Notes under the pieces: model-generated
Database searches by the model: none
What the model was told of the DNA's origin: nothing
The model's input: only the letters and a program-made list of their open reading frames with translations
Made by a program: the position numbers and the translations under genes
Shown: one piece after another, positions 40,277-48,980 of the stretch
Layout of the letters: every line of letters starts with the position of its first letter
Position numbering within the stretch: the first letter of the stretch is position 1
Assembly (NCBI GenBank): GCA_027593235.1
Contig: JAQCIU010000010.1
Coordinates: 35,498 to 99,497, forward strand
From: Chloroflexota bacterium
Lineage (GTDB): Bacteria > Chloroflexota > Dehalococcoidia > UBA2979
Reading direction: 5' to 3'
Length of the DNA stretch: 64,000 nt

Positions 40277-41362
40277 CTAGAAGAAGTCGAAGTCGCCCAT
40301 CGTGACGTGCATCCGTGTCCCCGACGCCTCAAGCGTTGCGACTGCCCCTGCTGGTACGCGATCGCGGTGCTGCAGATCCAGCGTCATCACCCCCACGCGC
40401 GCGAACCCGGAGGCCGCCAGTTCCGCCTCGAGCAGGTGCCCCTCGGTCAGCCAGCACACCACCTGCTCGGCGCCCTGGCGTCGCAGCCGTTCGCTGCCCG
40501 CCACCAAAAGCTGTCGCCCGACCGCGGTTCGCGCAGGGGCCACCACCACATCCAGCACGTTCCCAGTCGCGCCATCGCGCTTGAACACCGCGAATCCGAC
40601 GAGCCGCTCGCCCTCGAAGGCGCCCAGCACGTCCGCTCCCCCGCTCCGCGGATCGATGTATCGCCAGTTCAAGAACTCCGAAGCGCGTGTCCGCGCCACA
40701 TCGAACTGACGCCCTGACACCTCCCACAGCGCATCGACCCGTTCGTCGAATGCCGCCAGTCGCTCCAGCCGCGCCGGTCCGGTGAGCAGGCGCGCCCGCT
40801 GTGGCCCGAACGTCCGCCACGCGTCGCGTCCGAGTGCCCTCCATCTCCGCGCCTGCCGGTGCTGTCGGAGGAAAGCCATCGGCCTGAACCACCGCTCCCA
40901 TACCGGCAGCGGTCGCAGGATGTGATCCGGGATGTCGTTCAGGTGCAGTAGCTGCGGGCTGCGGCTCGGCGTTCCGATCTGGATCTGGCGGGCCTGGGCT
41001 GCCACGCGATCGCGCTCGGCCACCAGGATCTTTCCAATCTGCCGTCCTTGCCACGCCGGGTGCACCGCCACGTCCGCGCCACCGTCGCAGTCGTACTCCA
41101 ACCCAGCTACCCGCACCGGCGCGTACCAGTGCAGACGCGTCCCGACGATCTCGCCCCCGACCGTCACCACATGATTGCCGGACGGCGTGTCCGCCTTCAG
41201 CTCCGTCAGCTTCCATCGCAGGTGTTCGAGCGGTGTCGTGCCCGCCAGCTCGAAGCCCGGCCACCGCGAGAACGCGGCCTCGAGGACGCGCAGTATCCCC
41301 GGCGCATCCTCCAGGGTTGCCTTGCGAAACACCGGTGCCTCTGGCGCCACATCCGTGGTCAT
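40277..41362 (-). CDS. Tandem-GNAT family acyltransferase, paralog 7 of 7 (opposite strand)
   Basis: EHLRWKL, DVAVHPAWQG, FDERVDALW, FLNWRYIDPRSG, HVTMGDFDFF*. Confidence 0.85.
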   Translation of the reverse strand: MTTDVAPEAPVFRKATLEDAPGILRVLEAAFSRWPGFELAGTTPLEHLRWKLTELKADTPSGNHVVTVGGEIVGTRLHWYAPVRVAGLEYDCDGGADVAVHPAWQGRQIGKILVAERDRVAAQARQIQIGTPSRSPQLLHLNDIPDHILRPLPVWERWFRPMAFLRQHRQARRWRALGRDAWRTFGPQRARLLTGPARLERLAAFDERVDALWEVSGRQFDVARTRASEFLNWRYIDPRSGGADVLGAFEGERLVGFAVFKRDGATGNVLDVVVAPARTAVGRQLLVAGSERLRRQGAEQVVCWLTEGHLLEAELAASGFARVGVMTLDLQHRDRVPAGAVATLEASGTRMHVTMGDFDFF

Positions 41363-41505
41363 CGCGCTCCTCAGCGCGAGCAAGTCTAGAGCGCGCGATC
41401 CGTGGCTGATACGGCCAACCAACGCGGAATCGGGCTATCATCCCGCCCGTAGTCCCCCGGGCCATCCCATTCCCTTGGCCCGCTGCATTTCCCGAGGAGT
41501 TCCGC

Positions 41506-42318
41506 ATGTCACTCGATGGACAAGTCGCCCTCGTCGCCGGCGCCAGCCGCGGCATCGGCGCTGATATCGCCCGCTACCTCGCCGCCGCCGGCGCCAACGT
41601 CGCCGTGGCGGCACGCACGGTCGAGCAGAAGGATCCACGGCTGCCCGGCACCATTCACAGCGTCGTCCAGGAGATCACGGACGCCGGCGGTCAGGCGTTC
41701 CCGGTCGTCATCAACATGCGCGACCCGGAGAGCATCGCCTCGGCGATCAAAGAGGTCGTCGACACCGCCGGCCGGCTCGACATCCTCGTGAACAACGCCG
41801 CCATCTTCGTTCCCGGCAACCTGGAAACCGTCCAGGAGCGCCACATCAACCTCAGCATCGAGGTGAACTTCCGCTCGTACATCCTCGCGATGCGCGAAGC
41901 GGTCCCGCATCTGCGCGCGGCCGGCGGCGGTCACATCCTCAACATCTCCTCGGTCGGCGCGATCGCCCTCGGCCCGGGGCCGTACACCGAGGACCAGCAG
42001 AACCGCGCCGGCGACATCTTCTACGGCGCCGAGAAGATCGGCCTCGAGCACTTCTCCCAGCGCATGGCGGCGATGTACCAGAAGGACAACATCTCGGTGA
42101 ACATCCTGTCCCCCGAGGGCGGCGTCCGGACCCCCGGCAACAAGTACGCCGCCAACGACCGCGAGAACCCCGATCTCAACTTCGAGGTGGCGGACGACAT
42201 GGGCCAGGCCGCCGTCTGGATCTGCGAACAACCCGCGCAGCAATACACCGGCAACGTCCTCTTCGATAAGCCGCTGCTCCGCGAGCAAGGCATCGAACTC
42301 AAAGGCCCGTTCCGCTAA
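41506..42318 (+). CDS. SDR family oxidoreductase
   Basis: AGASRGIG, VNNA, NISS, YGAEK. Confidence 0.92.
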   Translation: MSLDGQVALVAGASRGIGADIARYLAAAGANVAVAARTVEQKDPRLPGTIHSVVQEITDAGGQAFPVVINMRDPESIASAIKEVVDTAGRLDILVNNAAIFVPGNLETVQERHINLSIEVNFRSYILAMREAVPHLRAAGGGHILNISSVGAIALGPGPYTEDQQNRAGDIFYGAEKIGLEHFSQRMAAMYQKDNISVNILSPEGGVRTPGNKYAANDRENPDLNFEVADDMGQAAVWICEQPAQQYTGNVLFDKPLLREQGIELKGPFR

Positions 42319-42337
42319 CCGGCCGGCAGATCGCCGA

Positions 42338-42361
42338 CGCCGGCGCCGCGGGGCGCCGGCG
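42338..42361. terminator. GC-rich hairpin between convergent genes
   Basis: CGCCGGCGCC-GCGG-GGCGCCGGCG. Confidence 0.45.
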
Positions 42362-42374
42362 CGACTACCGACGG

Positions 42375-42761
42375 CTAGGCGGTCCGTTCGAGGTCGCCCC
42401 AGAAGCCGGCAACTCGCTGCAGGCGCCCGTCCGGCGCGATCTCCCCGACGTCCACGCCACCGAGGATCACCGTCCCGTCCGGTGCCGCCAGCTCCCACGC
42501 GTAACGGAACTGGTCGTGGTGTGCGTCCACCGCGCTGACCTGGCGGAACGAGTGGCCGGGGTACTGGGCGTGCACCCCGCTCATCGCCCCCAGAATCTCG
42601 GCGTGGCCGCTGACCGCGAACGGCGGATCGGTCAACTGACCGTCTGCTGCCCAGGTCCGCTCGATCATGGCCGCCCGCTTCTCGGCGTCCGGCTCGTTCC
42701 ATGCCGCAAGGTTCGCCGTCACCAGCGCGCTCGCGTCGACGGTCGAGGTCTCTGGAGTCAT
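42375..42761 (-). CDS. SnoaL/NTF2-like domain protein
   Basis: AAWNEPD..R, TDP, VDAHH, GVDV, V.GFWG. Confidence 0.85.
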   Translation of the reverse strand: MTPETSTVDASALVTANLAAWNEPDAEKRAAMIERTWAADGQLTDPPFAVSGHAEILGAMSGVHAQYPGHSFRQVSAVDAHHDQFRYAWELAAPDGTVILGGVDVGEIAPDGRLQRVAGFWGDLERTA

Positions 42762-42835
42762 CGCTTCGCTCCTGCCTTCCATGCCTCGTTGTTGAGGCGT
42801 TGAAACCAGTAAGCGCGCCGACCAACGGCTTCGCG

Positions 42836-42852
42836 ATTACGTCCCAGGTAAC
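42836..42852. promoter_or_regulatory. Candidate operator of the XRE-MmyB regulator (site 1)
   Basis: ATTACGTCCCAGGTAAC; 14/17 identical to 43696-43712. Confidence 0.6.
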
Positions 42853-43661
42853 GCTGTCGCCGTCTCGGAGGCAGTCTGGAGCCCGCGCAGGAACACCCCC
42901 GTCGCGTCGTCCGCGGGGAAAAACAGCTCGACCGCCAGTTCGCTCAACGTCACATCCTGCGGGCTGCCGAACCGGGTCAGCGTTGTGATCAGCGACAGCT
43001 CCGTGCCCGCCACCGCCAGTCGCAACGGCACCAGCAGCGTCGGCGCGAGGTCCCCTGCCTCCCGCCACCCGCCGAGGGCCGCGACGTTGGGGTAAGCGCT
43101 CACCTCGGCGAGCAGCGCCTCCAGCTCCGGCGCCCCGGAGAGCGATGTCGCGCGCCGCAGCTCGCCCAGCAGGTAGCAGGCCCACTCGTCAAAGTTGAGG
43201 ATCTGGCGCGCCATCCCATCCGGGTGCAACGACACCCGGAACACATTGACCGGCGGCGCCAACAGCTCAGGCGCCGCGCCGCCAACGAGGAGCAGTCCCG
43301 CCTGGTTCGACAGGACCACGTTCCACATGCGGTCGATCACCGCGCCGGGGTACGGCTGGTGCGAGTCCAGCATCCGCTGCAGCGCGCTGCGGACCTGGCC
43401 CATCGCCGCATCGTCCAGCGGCGTCTCCGCGTAGCGAGGCGCGTACCCGGCCGCCAGCAGCAGCGAGTTGCGCTCGCGCAGCGGTACCGCCAGCTCGTCG
43501 GCGATCGCCACCAGCAACTCCGGACTGGGATTCGATCGTCCGGTCTCGACGAAGCTCAAATGACGAGTCGATACGCCGACGTCCAGGGCGACATCCATCT
43601 GGCTGCGGCGACGCCGCATCCGCCAATCCCGCACCAGCGCCCCGACTGCGCGTCCCGCCAT
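42837..43661 (-). CDS. XRE-family HTH regulator with MmyB-like ligand-binding domain
   Basis: SQMDVA..VSTRHLSFVETGRS.PS, PLRERNSLLLAAGYAP, ELFFPAD. Confidence 0.92.
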   Translation of the reverse strand: MAGRAVGALVRDWRMRRRRSQMDVALDVGVSTRHLSFVETGRSNPSPELLVAIADELAVPLRERNSLLLAAGYAPRYAETPLDDAAMGQVRSALQRMLDSHQPYPGAVIDRMWNVVLSNQAGLLLVGGAAPELLAPPVNVFRVSLHPDGMARQILNFDEWACYLLGELRRATSLSGAPELEALLAEVSAYPNVAALGGWREAGDLAPTLLVPLRLAVAGTELSLITTLTRFGSPQDVTLSELAVELFFPADDATGVFLRGLQTASETATALPGT

Positions 43662-43695
43662 CCGCCGATCCTAGTCCGCGTCCCGCTCCGTCACC

Positions 43696-43712
43696 ATGAC
43701 CTCCCAGGTAAT
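43696..43712. promoter_or_regulatory. Candidate operator of the XRE-MmyB regulator (site 2)
   Basis: ATGACCTCCCAGGTAAT in the divergent intergenic region. Confidence 0.6.
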
Positions 43713-43745
43713 GCGAGCCGTGCGCGCGCGCTCTACGATGCCGCC

Positions 43746-44543
43746 ATGACCAGCGAAGCTGACCTCGGCCCACCCGACTACGCCCTCCTCGACAGCGCCG
43801 GCCTCGCGGCCTCGATGTTTTACCCGCGACCAGACGATCAGCCGCCGCCACCCGGCGCCAGCGATCACCTGATCGAGGTAGCTCCCGGCGTCGTCCTTGG
43901 TGCGCGGTTCTACCCGCTGCGACCGGACGCCCCGACGCTCCTCTACTTCCACGGCAATGGCGAGGTGGCCAGCGATCACGACAACATCGCGCCGCTCTAT
44001 CACGAGATCGGCGTGAACCTCTTCGTCGCGGAGTTCCGTGGCTACGGTCAGAGCACCGGCACTCCCAACGTCGCCGCGCTCGTCGGCGACGCGCACCCCA
44101 CCGTCGCCTACTTCCACGATCTGCTCGATCGCGGCGGCTACTCCGCCGCCCGCTTCGTCATGGGCCGCAGCCTCGGCGCCCACCCCGCCCTCGAGGTCGC
44201 CGCCAACGCCGCCGGGCGATTCCGCGGCCTCATCCTCGAAAGCGGCGCCGGCAACATCCGCCGCACCGTGGAGCGCCGAGGTCTCGGCGACACCGAGCTG
44301 GGTGCACGCCTCGCCGCCGCGCACGACGCGAAGGTGCGCGGCATCGCGATCCCGGTGCTGCTGATCCACGGTGAGATCGACAACCTCGTGCCGCTCAGCA
44401 CCGCGGAGGCGATCCGCGATCTGCTCACCTCGACGACTGCGCAGCTCGAAGTGATCCCGCGCGCCGGGCACAACGATCTCCTGTGGGTCGGCCGCGATCA
44501 GTACTTCGGCGCGATCTCCGCATTCGTTGGGGCGAACGGCTAG
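43746..44543 (+). CDS. Alpha/beta hydrolase
   Basis: FHGNGE, FRGYG, GRSLG, HGEID, AGHND. Confidence 0.9.
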   Translation: MTSEADLGPPDYALLDSAGLAASMFYPRPDDQPPPPGASDHLIEVAPGVVLGARFYPLRPDAPTLLYFHGNGEVASDHDNIAPLYHEIGVNLFVAEFRGYGQSTGTPNVAALVGDAHPTVAYFHDLLDRGGYSAARFVMGRSLGAHPALEVAANAAGRFRGLILESGAGNIRRTVERRGLGDTELGARLAAAHDAKVRGIAIPVLLIHGEIDNLVPLSTAEAIRDLLTSTTAQLEVIPRAGHNDLLWVGRDQYFGAISAFVGANG

Positions 44544-44593
44544 CGAGGTCGTCCCGCCGGAGTAAGCTTTCGGCGAACCTCTGGAGGACGCCG

Positions 44594-45433
44594 ATGACCA
44601 CCCAGCTCGCGTGCGAAGAGAAGACGGTCGAACTCAACGGCCTGCGCTTCCACTACAGCGATTGGCCGTCCCGTCAGCCCGGCGCACCGACGCTGCTGCT
44701 GCTCCACGGCTACACGGGACACGCCCGCTCCTGGGACGCCTTCGCCGAGCTCATGACCGATCGCTATCGCGTAATCGCCCTCGATCAGCGCGGACATGGC
44801 GAGACCGGGTGGGCCGCTCCCGACCAGTACCTCAACGCGCACATGGTCAGCGACGTCCGCGAATTCGTGGCCGCGCTCGGCCTCGAGGACTTCGCGCTCC
44901 TCGGCCTCTCGATGGGTGGCCGCGTCGCCATCCACTACGCCGGCGAGCGCCCCGAGGGCCTGGCGAAGCTGGTCATCGTCGACATCGGCCCGGAGACCGT
45001 CGCCAGCGGCGCCGCCCGCATCCAGGCCGGCGCGCAGACGGCCGACGTGTTCGACAGCCCCGATGAGGCGTGGGCGCAGCAGCGCGCCTCGAATCCCCGA
45101 CCGCCCGAGGCCAATCATCGCTACCGCGTCGAGCACAACCTGATGCAGACCGACGACGGCAAGTGGACCTGGCGCTACGACAAGGCGCTCCGCGATCCCA
45201 GCAACCCGCGCCCGCGCCCAACGACCGAGGAAGGCTGGGCCGCCGTGCGCAACATCAACGTTCCCACCCTCGTGCTCCGTGGCGAACTCAGCGACATCCT
45301 CGCCGCCGACATCGCCCAGCACATGGCCGACGAGATCCCCGACGCGAGGCTTATCGAGGTCAAAGACTCGGGGCACTCGATCCCACTCGACCGCCCCGAC
45401 GAATTCGCCGAGGCGGTTCGCACCTTCCTCTAG
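44594..45433 (+). CDS. Alpha/beta hydrolase
   Basis: LLHG, DQRGHG, GLSMGG, SGH. Confidence 0.92.
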   Translation: MTTQLACEEKTVELNGLRFHYSDWPSRQPGAPTLLLLHGYTGHARSWDAFAELMTDRYRVIALDQRGHGETGWAAPDQYLNAHMVSDVREFVAALGLEDFALLGLSMGGRVAIHYAGERPEGLAKLVIVDIGPETVASGAARIQAGAQTADVFDSPDEAWAQQRASNPRPPEANHRYRVEHNLMQTDDGKWTWRYDKALRDPSNPRPRPTTEEGWAAVRNINVPTLVLRGELSDILAADIAQHMADEIPDARLIEVKDSGHSIPLDRPDEFAEAVRTFL

Positions 45434-45474
45434 CACCGCCGCCGACAGGACGAGATACCGAGGAGCACCTCGCG

Positions 45475-45867
45475 ATGACCACCACCGGCTTGAAGCTCAC
45501 CAAACTGCACCAGGTCGCCCTCGCGGTGACCGATCTCGCGCGCTCCGTCGAGTTCTACCGCGACCGGGTCGGACTCGAATTCACCATGCAGTTCGACCCG
45601 CCCGGCCTTGCGTTCTTTGACCTCGACGGCACGCGCCTGATGCTCGACGCGATCGCCGAGGCGGCCGGACACGCCTCGCCGCTCTACTTCTGGGTCGACG
45701 ACATGGACACCGCCGTCGCCACCCTGAAGGGGCGCGGTGTCGCCTTCGAGGGCGACCCCCACGTCATCAACCGCGAACCCGACGGCACCGAGGAGTGGAT
45801 GGCCTTCTTCAAGGATCCGGACGAAAACGTCCTCGCCCTCGCGACGAAGCGGTCCCCCTCCGCCTAA
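45475..45867 (+). CDS. VOC/glyoxalase family protein
   Basis: HQVALAVTDL...FYRD.VGL, WMAFFKDPDEN. Confidence 0.9.
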   Translation: MTTTGLKLTKLHQVALAVTDLARSVEFYRDRVGLEFTMQFDPPGLAFFDLDGTRLMLDAIAEAAGHASPLYFWVDDMDTAVATLKGRGVAFEGDPHVINREPDGTEEWMAFFKDPDENVLALATKRSPSA

Positions 45868-46196
45868 GCCGTCGCTGGCGCGTCGACCATGTTCGCCAGC
45901 AGGAACTCCTTCACACCGGCCGCGCCGCCCAGCCGCACCGTGAACTCCTCGGCGCCGGCATCGAGCGACAGCGCGAAGTCAAAGAACGCGCAGCACTGCC
46001 GCTCGCGGGCAATCCAAGCAGCGGCGGCCGACAGTAGCTCTGCCCGCGCCGGGTAGCGAAACACCACGCCGCTCGCATCCTCGCTCGTGCCGATGCAGGC
46101 AGCCCGGAGCAGCCCCCAGGCGTCTGGCTGCGCGGGCAGTTCGTCCGACCGAATCGCATCCAGGTTGCAGACAATCGGGATGTCCAGCTTCTTCAT
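45864..46196 (-). CDS. Small Cys-containing protein typical of MerR-regulated loci
   Basis: PIVCNL...ERQCCAFFDF...GVKEFL; GAGG RBS. Confidence 0.75.
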   Translation of the reverse strand: MKKLDIPIVCNLDAIRSDELPAQPDAWGLLRAACIGTSEDASGVVFRYPARAELLSAAAAWIARERQCCAFFDFALSLDAGAEEFTVRLGGAAGVKEFLLANMVDAPATA

Positions 46197-46197
46197 C

Positions 46198-46431
46198 TCA
46201 GACTCCTCTCGATGCATTGGTTCCGGGAGCCACGAACCAGCGGCGCAGCGCAATCACCGACCACACGCCCTCGACGAGGGCGAACGGCCACGATTCGATC
46301 GCCACCGCGTACGCCGACGCGCTCATGCTTGCCAGCGCAAAGACCAGCACCCACGTCCGGCCCCGCGATTCCAGCGCATAGGCCGTCGCCATCGCGCCAA
46401 CGCTGCCGAATCCCCAGAGGTCCAGGCCCAT
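46198..46431 (-). CDS. Small three-TM membrane protein
   Basis: YALE...WPFALVEGVWSVIALRRW; AAGG(G)AG RBS. Confidence 0.7.
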   Translation of the reverse strand: MGLDLWGFGSVGAMATAYALESRGRTWVLVFALASMSASAYAVAIESWPFALVEGVWSVIALRRWFVAPGTNASRGV

Positions 46432-46452
46432 CGGTGGCTCCCTTGCATCAGT

Positions 46453-46483
46453 GATACGAGTTAAAGTTGACTTGAAGTCAAGT
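46453..46483 (-). promoter_or_regulatory. MerR/SoxR-type promoter-operator
   Basis: Minus strand TTGACT-N19-TATCAC; dyad TTCAAGTCAACTTTAA resembles the SoxR box CTCAAGTTAACTTGAG. Confidence 0.7.
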
Positions 46484-46501
46484 TGTTCCGAGGAGAACCC
46501 A

Positions 46502-46900
46502 ATGAGCCTCAGCATCGGCGAAGTCGCAAGCCGTACCGGCTTCGCGCCATCAACGCTCCGCTACTACGAAAGCGTCGGCCTTGTGCCGTCACCCAATCGT
46601 GTCAGCGGCCGGCGTGCTTACGAGGAAACCGCCGTCGATCGCCTGCAGGTCATCGCGCTCGCGCGCTCCCTGGACTTCCCGCTCGACGACATCCGCGAAC
46701 TGCTCGATGGCTTCCCCACCGCAACATCCGCCTCCGCACGCTGGCGCGCCGCCAACCGTACCCGGATCGCGGCCCTCGAGGCCCAGGCCGCCGACATCGA
46801 GCGAATGCTCGGCCTGCTTCGTCACCTCGCCGAAGACTGCGAATGCGGCGACCTCGCGGCCTGCGCGCGGGTATGGACGGCCCGCCGCGAAGACGCGTGA
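46502..46900 (+). CDS. MerR-family regulator, SoxR-like
   Basis: SIGEVA.RTG..STLRYYE..GL, RVSGRRAY; C-terminal CxCx5C. Confidence 0.9.
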   Translation: MSLSIGEVASRTGFAPSTLRYYESVGLVPSPNRVSGRRAYEETAVDRLQVIALARSLDFPLDDIRELLDGFPTATSASARWRAANRTRIAALEAQAADIERMLGLLRHLAEDCECGDLAACARVWTARREDA

Positions 46901-46955
46901 GGCGGGACTGCCGCGGCCAGACGGCGCCCGCGTTGGCGACCGGCCCGACAAACAA

Positions 46956-46989
46956 CGAGGGCGCGCCACCTCTCGATGACGCGCCCTCG
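46956..46989 (-). terminator. Intrinsic terminator
   Basis: Stem CGAGGGCGCG/CGCGCCCTCG followed by TTGTTTGT on the minus strand. Confidence 0.6.
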
Positions 46990-47014
46990 CGCATGCACTC
47001 GTCGCGAACTGGAG

Positions 47015-47536
47015 CTAGCTGACCGGAACCGCGGTTCCGTCGCCCGCAACCGCGAACCACACATCGTTCACGCCCTGACCACCGGTGTCACCGGGGGCCG
47101 CGTCTGAGGCGAAGTGGTACAGCGGCACGTCGTTGATCGTCACCTGCATCGTGCCGTCGGCACGCTCGATCACGCCCAGCGTGCCGGTCACGCCATCGCC
47201 GGCCACCAGCTCAGCGCCGGCCTCGACCGTCAACGGCGGCCATGCTGCCGCGCAGCCGTCCACGCAGTTGCTCACGCCAGCCTCGTCGTTGGTGAAGAGG
47301 TACAGCGTGAGACCGCCGTGCCCGACCAGGACGTCACCCAGGCCCGTCGTGGCCAGGTCGACCGTGTGCTCCATCATCTCGGCAGTCGCCTCGGCGGTCC
47401 CCTCAGCCGTTGCTTCCGAGGTGGCCTCGGACGTCGCTTCCGCCGTCGCCGTGCCATCGTCGTCGCTACCGCACGCCCCCAGAAGCATCACCACTGCAAT
47501 GGCGCTCACAACCACCAAACTTAGCCGTCGAATCAC
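47015..47536 (-). CDS. Lipoprotein with COG4315/Lipoprotein_15 repeats
   Basis: Lipobox LGAC; GLTLYLF..D...C...CAAAWPP, PLYHFASD; AT[SA]E repeat linker. Confidence 0.88.
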   Translation of the reverse strand: MIRRLSLVVVSAIAVVMLLGACGSDDDGTATAEATSEATSEATAEGTAEATAEMMEHTVDLATTGLGDVLVGHGGLTLYLFTNDEAGVSNCVDGCAAAWPPLTVEAGAELVAGDGVTGTLGVIERADGTMQVTINDVPLYHFASDAAPGDTGGQGVNDVWFAVAGDGTAVPVS

Positions 47537-47860
47537 TTAGTACTCCTTGTCGATGGGAACTCACTCGGTACGCTGCGGCATCGGCGACGGTTCTCCGCGC
47601 GCAACGCGTACGTGTTAGCCCCCGATGATCTTCAAGAGTTGACGGCGTGAAATCGTATTCTTGGTGGCTACTCCACACCCCCCGCGCCTCGCATTCGATC
47701 GCCATCGTCCCCGAATCGCCGGCAGCAGAGGTGACGCCCGCGTAACCGCCGAGGGTTGATCAGCTGAGGGACCTTCACGTAATCCATCGGTTCGAATTTC
47801 TTGGCTGACCGTGGGCGTCGCATCTGCTGTCGCCCGCTGGCAGGACTACCATGCCTCTCG

Positions 47861-48964
47861 ATGGTTACCGTCATTACGCCCACCGCATCCATCGAGGTAC
47901 CCACGGCTGTCGTCGTCGAAGACGACCTCTGGCTGGATGCCGGCGACCTCGACCGCGTCACTGGCTACGAACTCAAGCCAGAGGGGTTCTGCCGCGACGA
48001 CGTCTGCGTCCCCGTCCCCGCCGGGCGTGAAGCCGAATTCCTACGTCCGAACGGCGTGAACCTCGCCACCCTCTGGCGCCACCTCGGTGGCGCCGTCGTC
48101 CACGACGCCTCCGCTGCGAGCTGGTCCCTCGGCGACGCGCCGGCCGATCACCACGCCCGACTCGACGCGCTCGAGGCCCCCGACTTCACGCTGCCGGACG
48201 TCAGCGGCGCCCTGCACTCCCTCCGCGACTATCGAGGTCAGAAGGTGCTGCTCGCCGCCTGGGCCTCATGGTGAGGCTGCCGCGCTGACCTGCCCGTGTG
48301 GCAGGAGCTGGTGAACGAGCTCGCGGACCGGAACTTCACCGTCATCGCCGTTGCCCTCGATAGTGAGCCCGGCGCTCCCGACCCGTGGATCGAGCAGGCC
48401 GCCCCGACCTACCCGGCCCTGATCGACCGCGCCCACCTGCTCTCCACCCTCTACGGCATCGTCAACGTCCCGACCGCCATCTGGATCGACGAGGACGGTC
48501 GTATCGTTCGCCCTGCCGAGGTAGCCGGCGCCTACGAGGCATTCCGCCACGTCGACCCCGAAACGCGCACCGTCCCCGAGGAACACCGCGACCGCGCCCG
48601 CCACCACCGCAGCACCTACCTCGATGCGATTCGCGACTGGGCCGCCAGTGGCCCCGCGAGCCGCCACGCGCTGGCGCCCGATGAGATCCGCCGTCGCCTC
48701 AACCCGCCCGACCCGGCCATCGCCGAGGCACACGCCCGCTTCCGCCTCGGCCAGCACCTCCGCGCCACCGGCAACGAGCCCGAGGCCCGCGCGCAGTTCG
48801 ACGAAGCCTCGAGCCTCCACCCCGAAAGCTGGGCCATCTGGCGCCAGGCCGCGGACAAACTGGAGAACGGCATCGCCGGAGGAGCTGCGTTCTCGGCCCG
48901 CGTCGCCGCCCTCGGCGACCGCCACTACTACCCACCGCCGGACATCGACGGCATCGCCGAGTAG
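47861..48964 (+). CDS. Thioredoxin-fold (TlpA/AhpC-TSA-like) selenoprotein with UGC motif; Sec at TGA 48272-48274
   Basis: ORFs 47801-48274 and 48296-48964 are in one frame; reads APDFTLPD...KVLLAAWASW-U-GCRADLPVWQ; SECIS-like hairpin follows. Confidence 0.85.
48284..48308 (+). promoter_or_regulatory. Candidate bacterial SECIS element
   Basis: GCT-ga-CCTGCC-cgtgt-GGCAGG-AGC; GU near the 5' side of the loop, 20 nt after the UGA. Confidence 0.65.
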
Positions 48965-48980
48965 CCGTTAGGCGCGTGCG

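Noticed and set aside
32592-41362. Diversity-generating retroelement or invertase shuffling as the source of GNAT variation
   Set aside because: There is no reverse transcriptase, no near-identical template/variable repeat pair and no adjacent recombinase; divergence is spread along the genes.
47380-47452. Degenerate 12-bp tandem repeats
   Set aside because: They encode an ordinary AT[SA]E linker in a lipoprotein.
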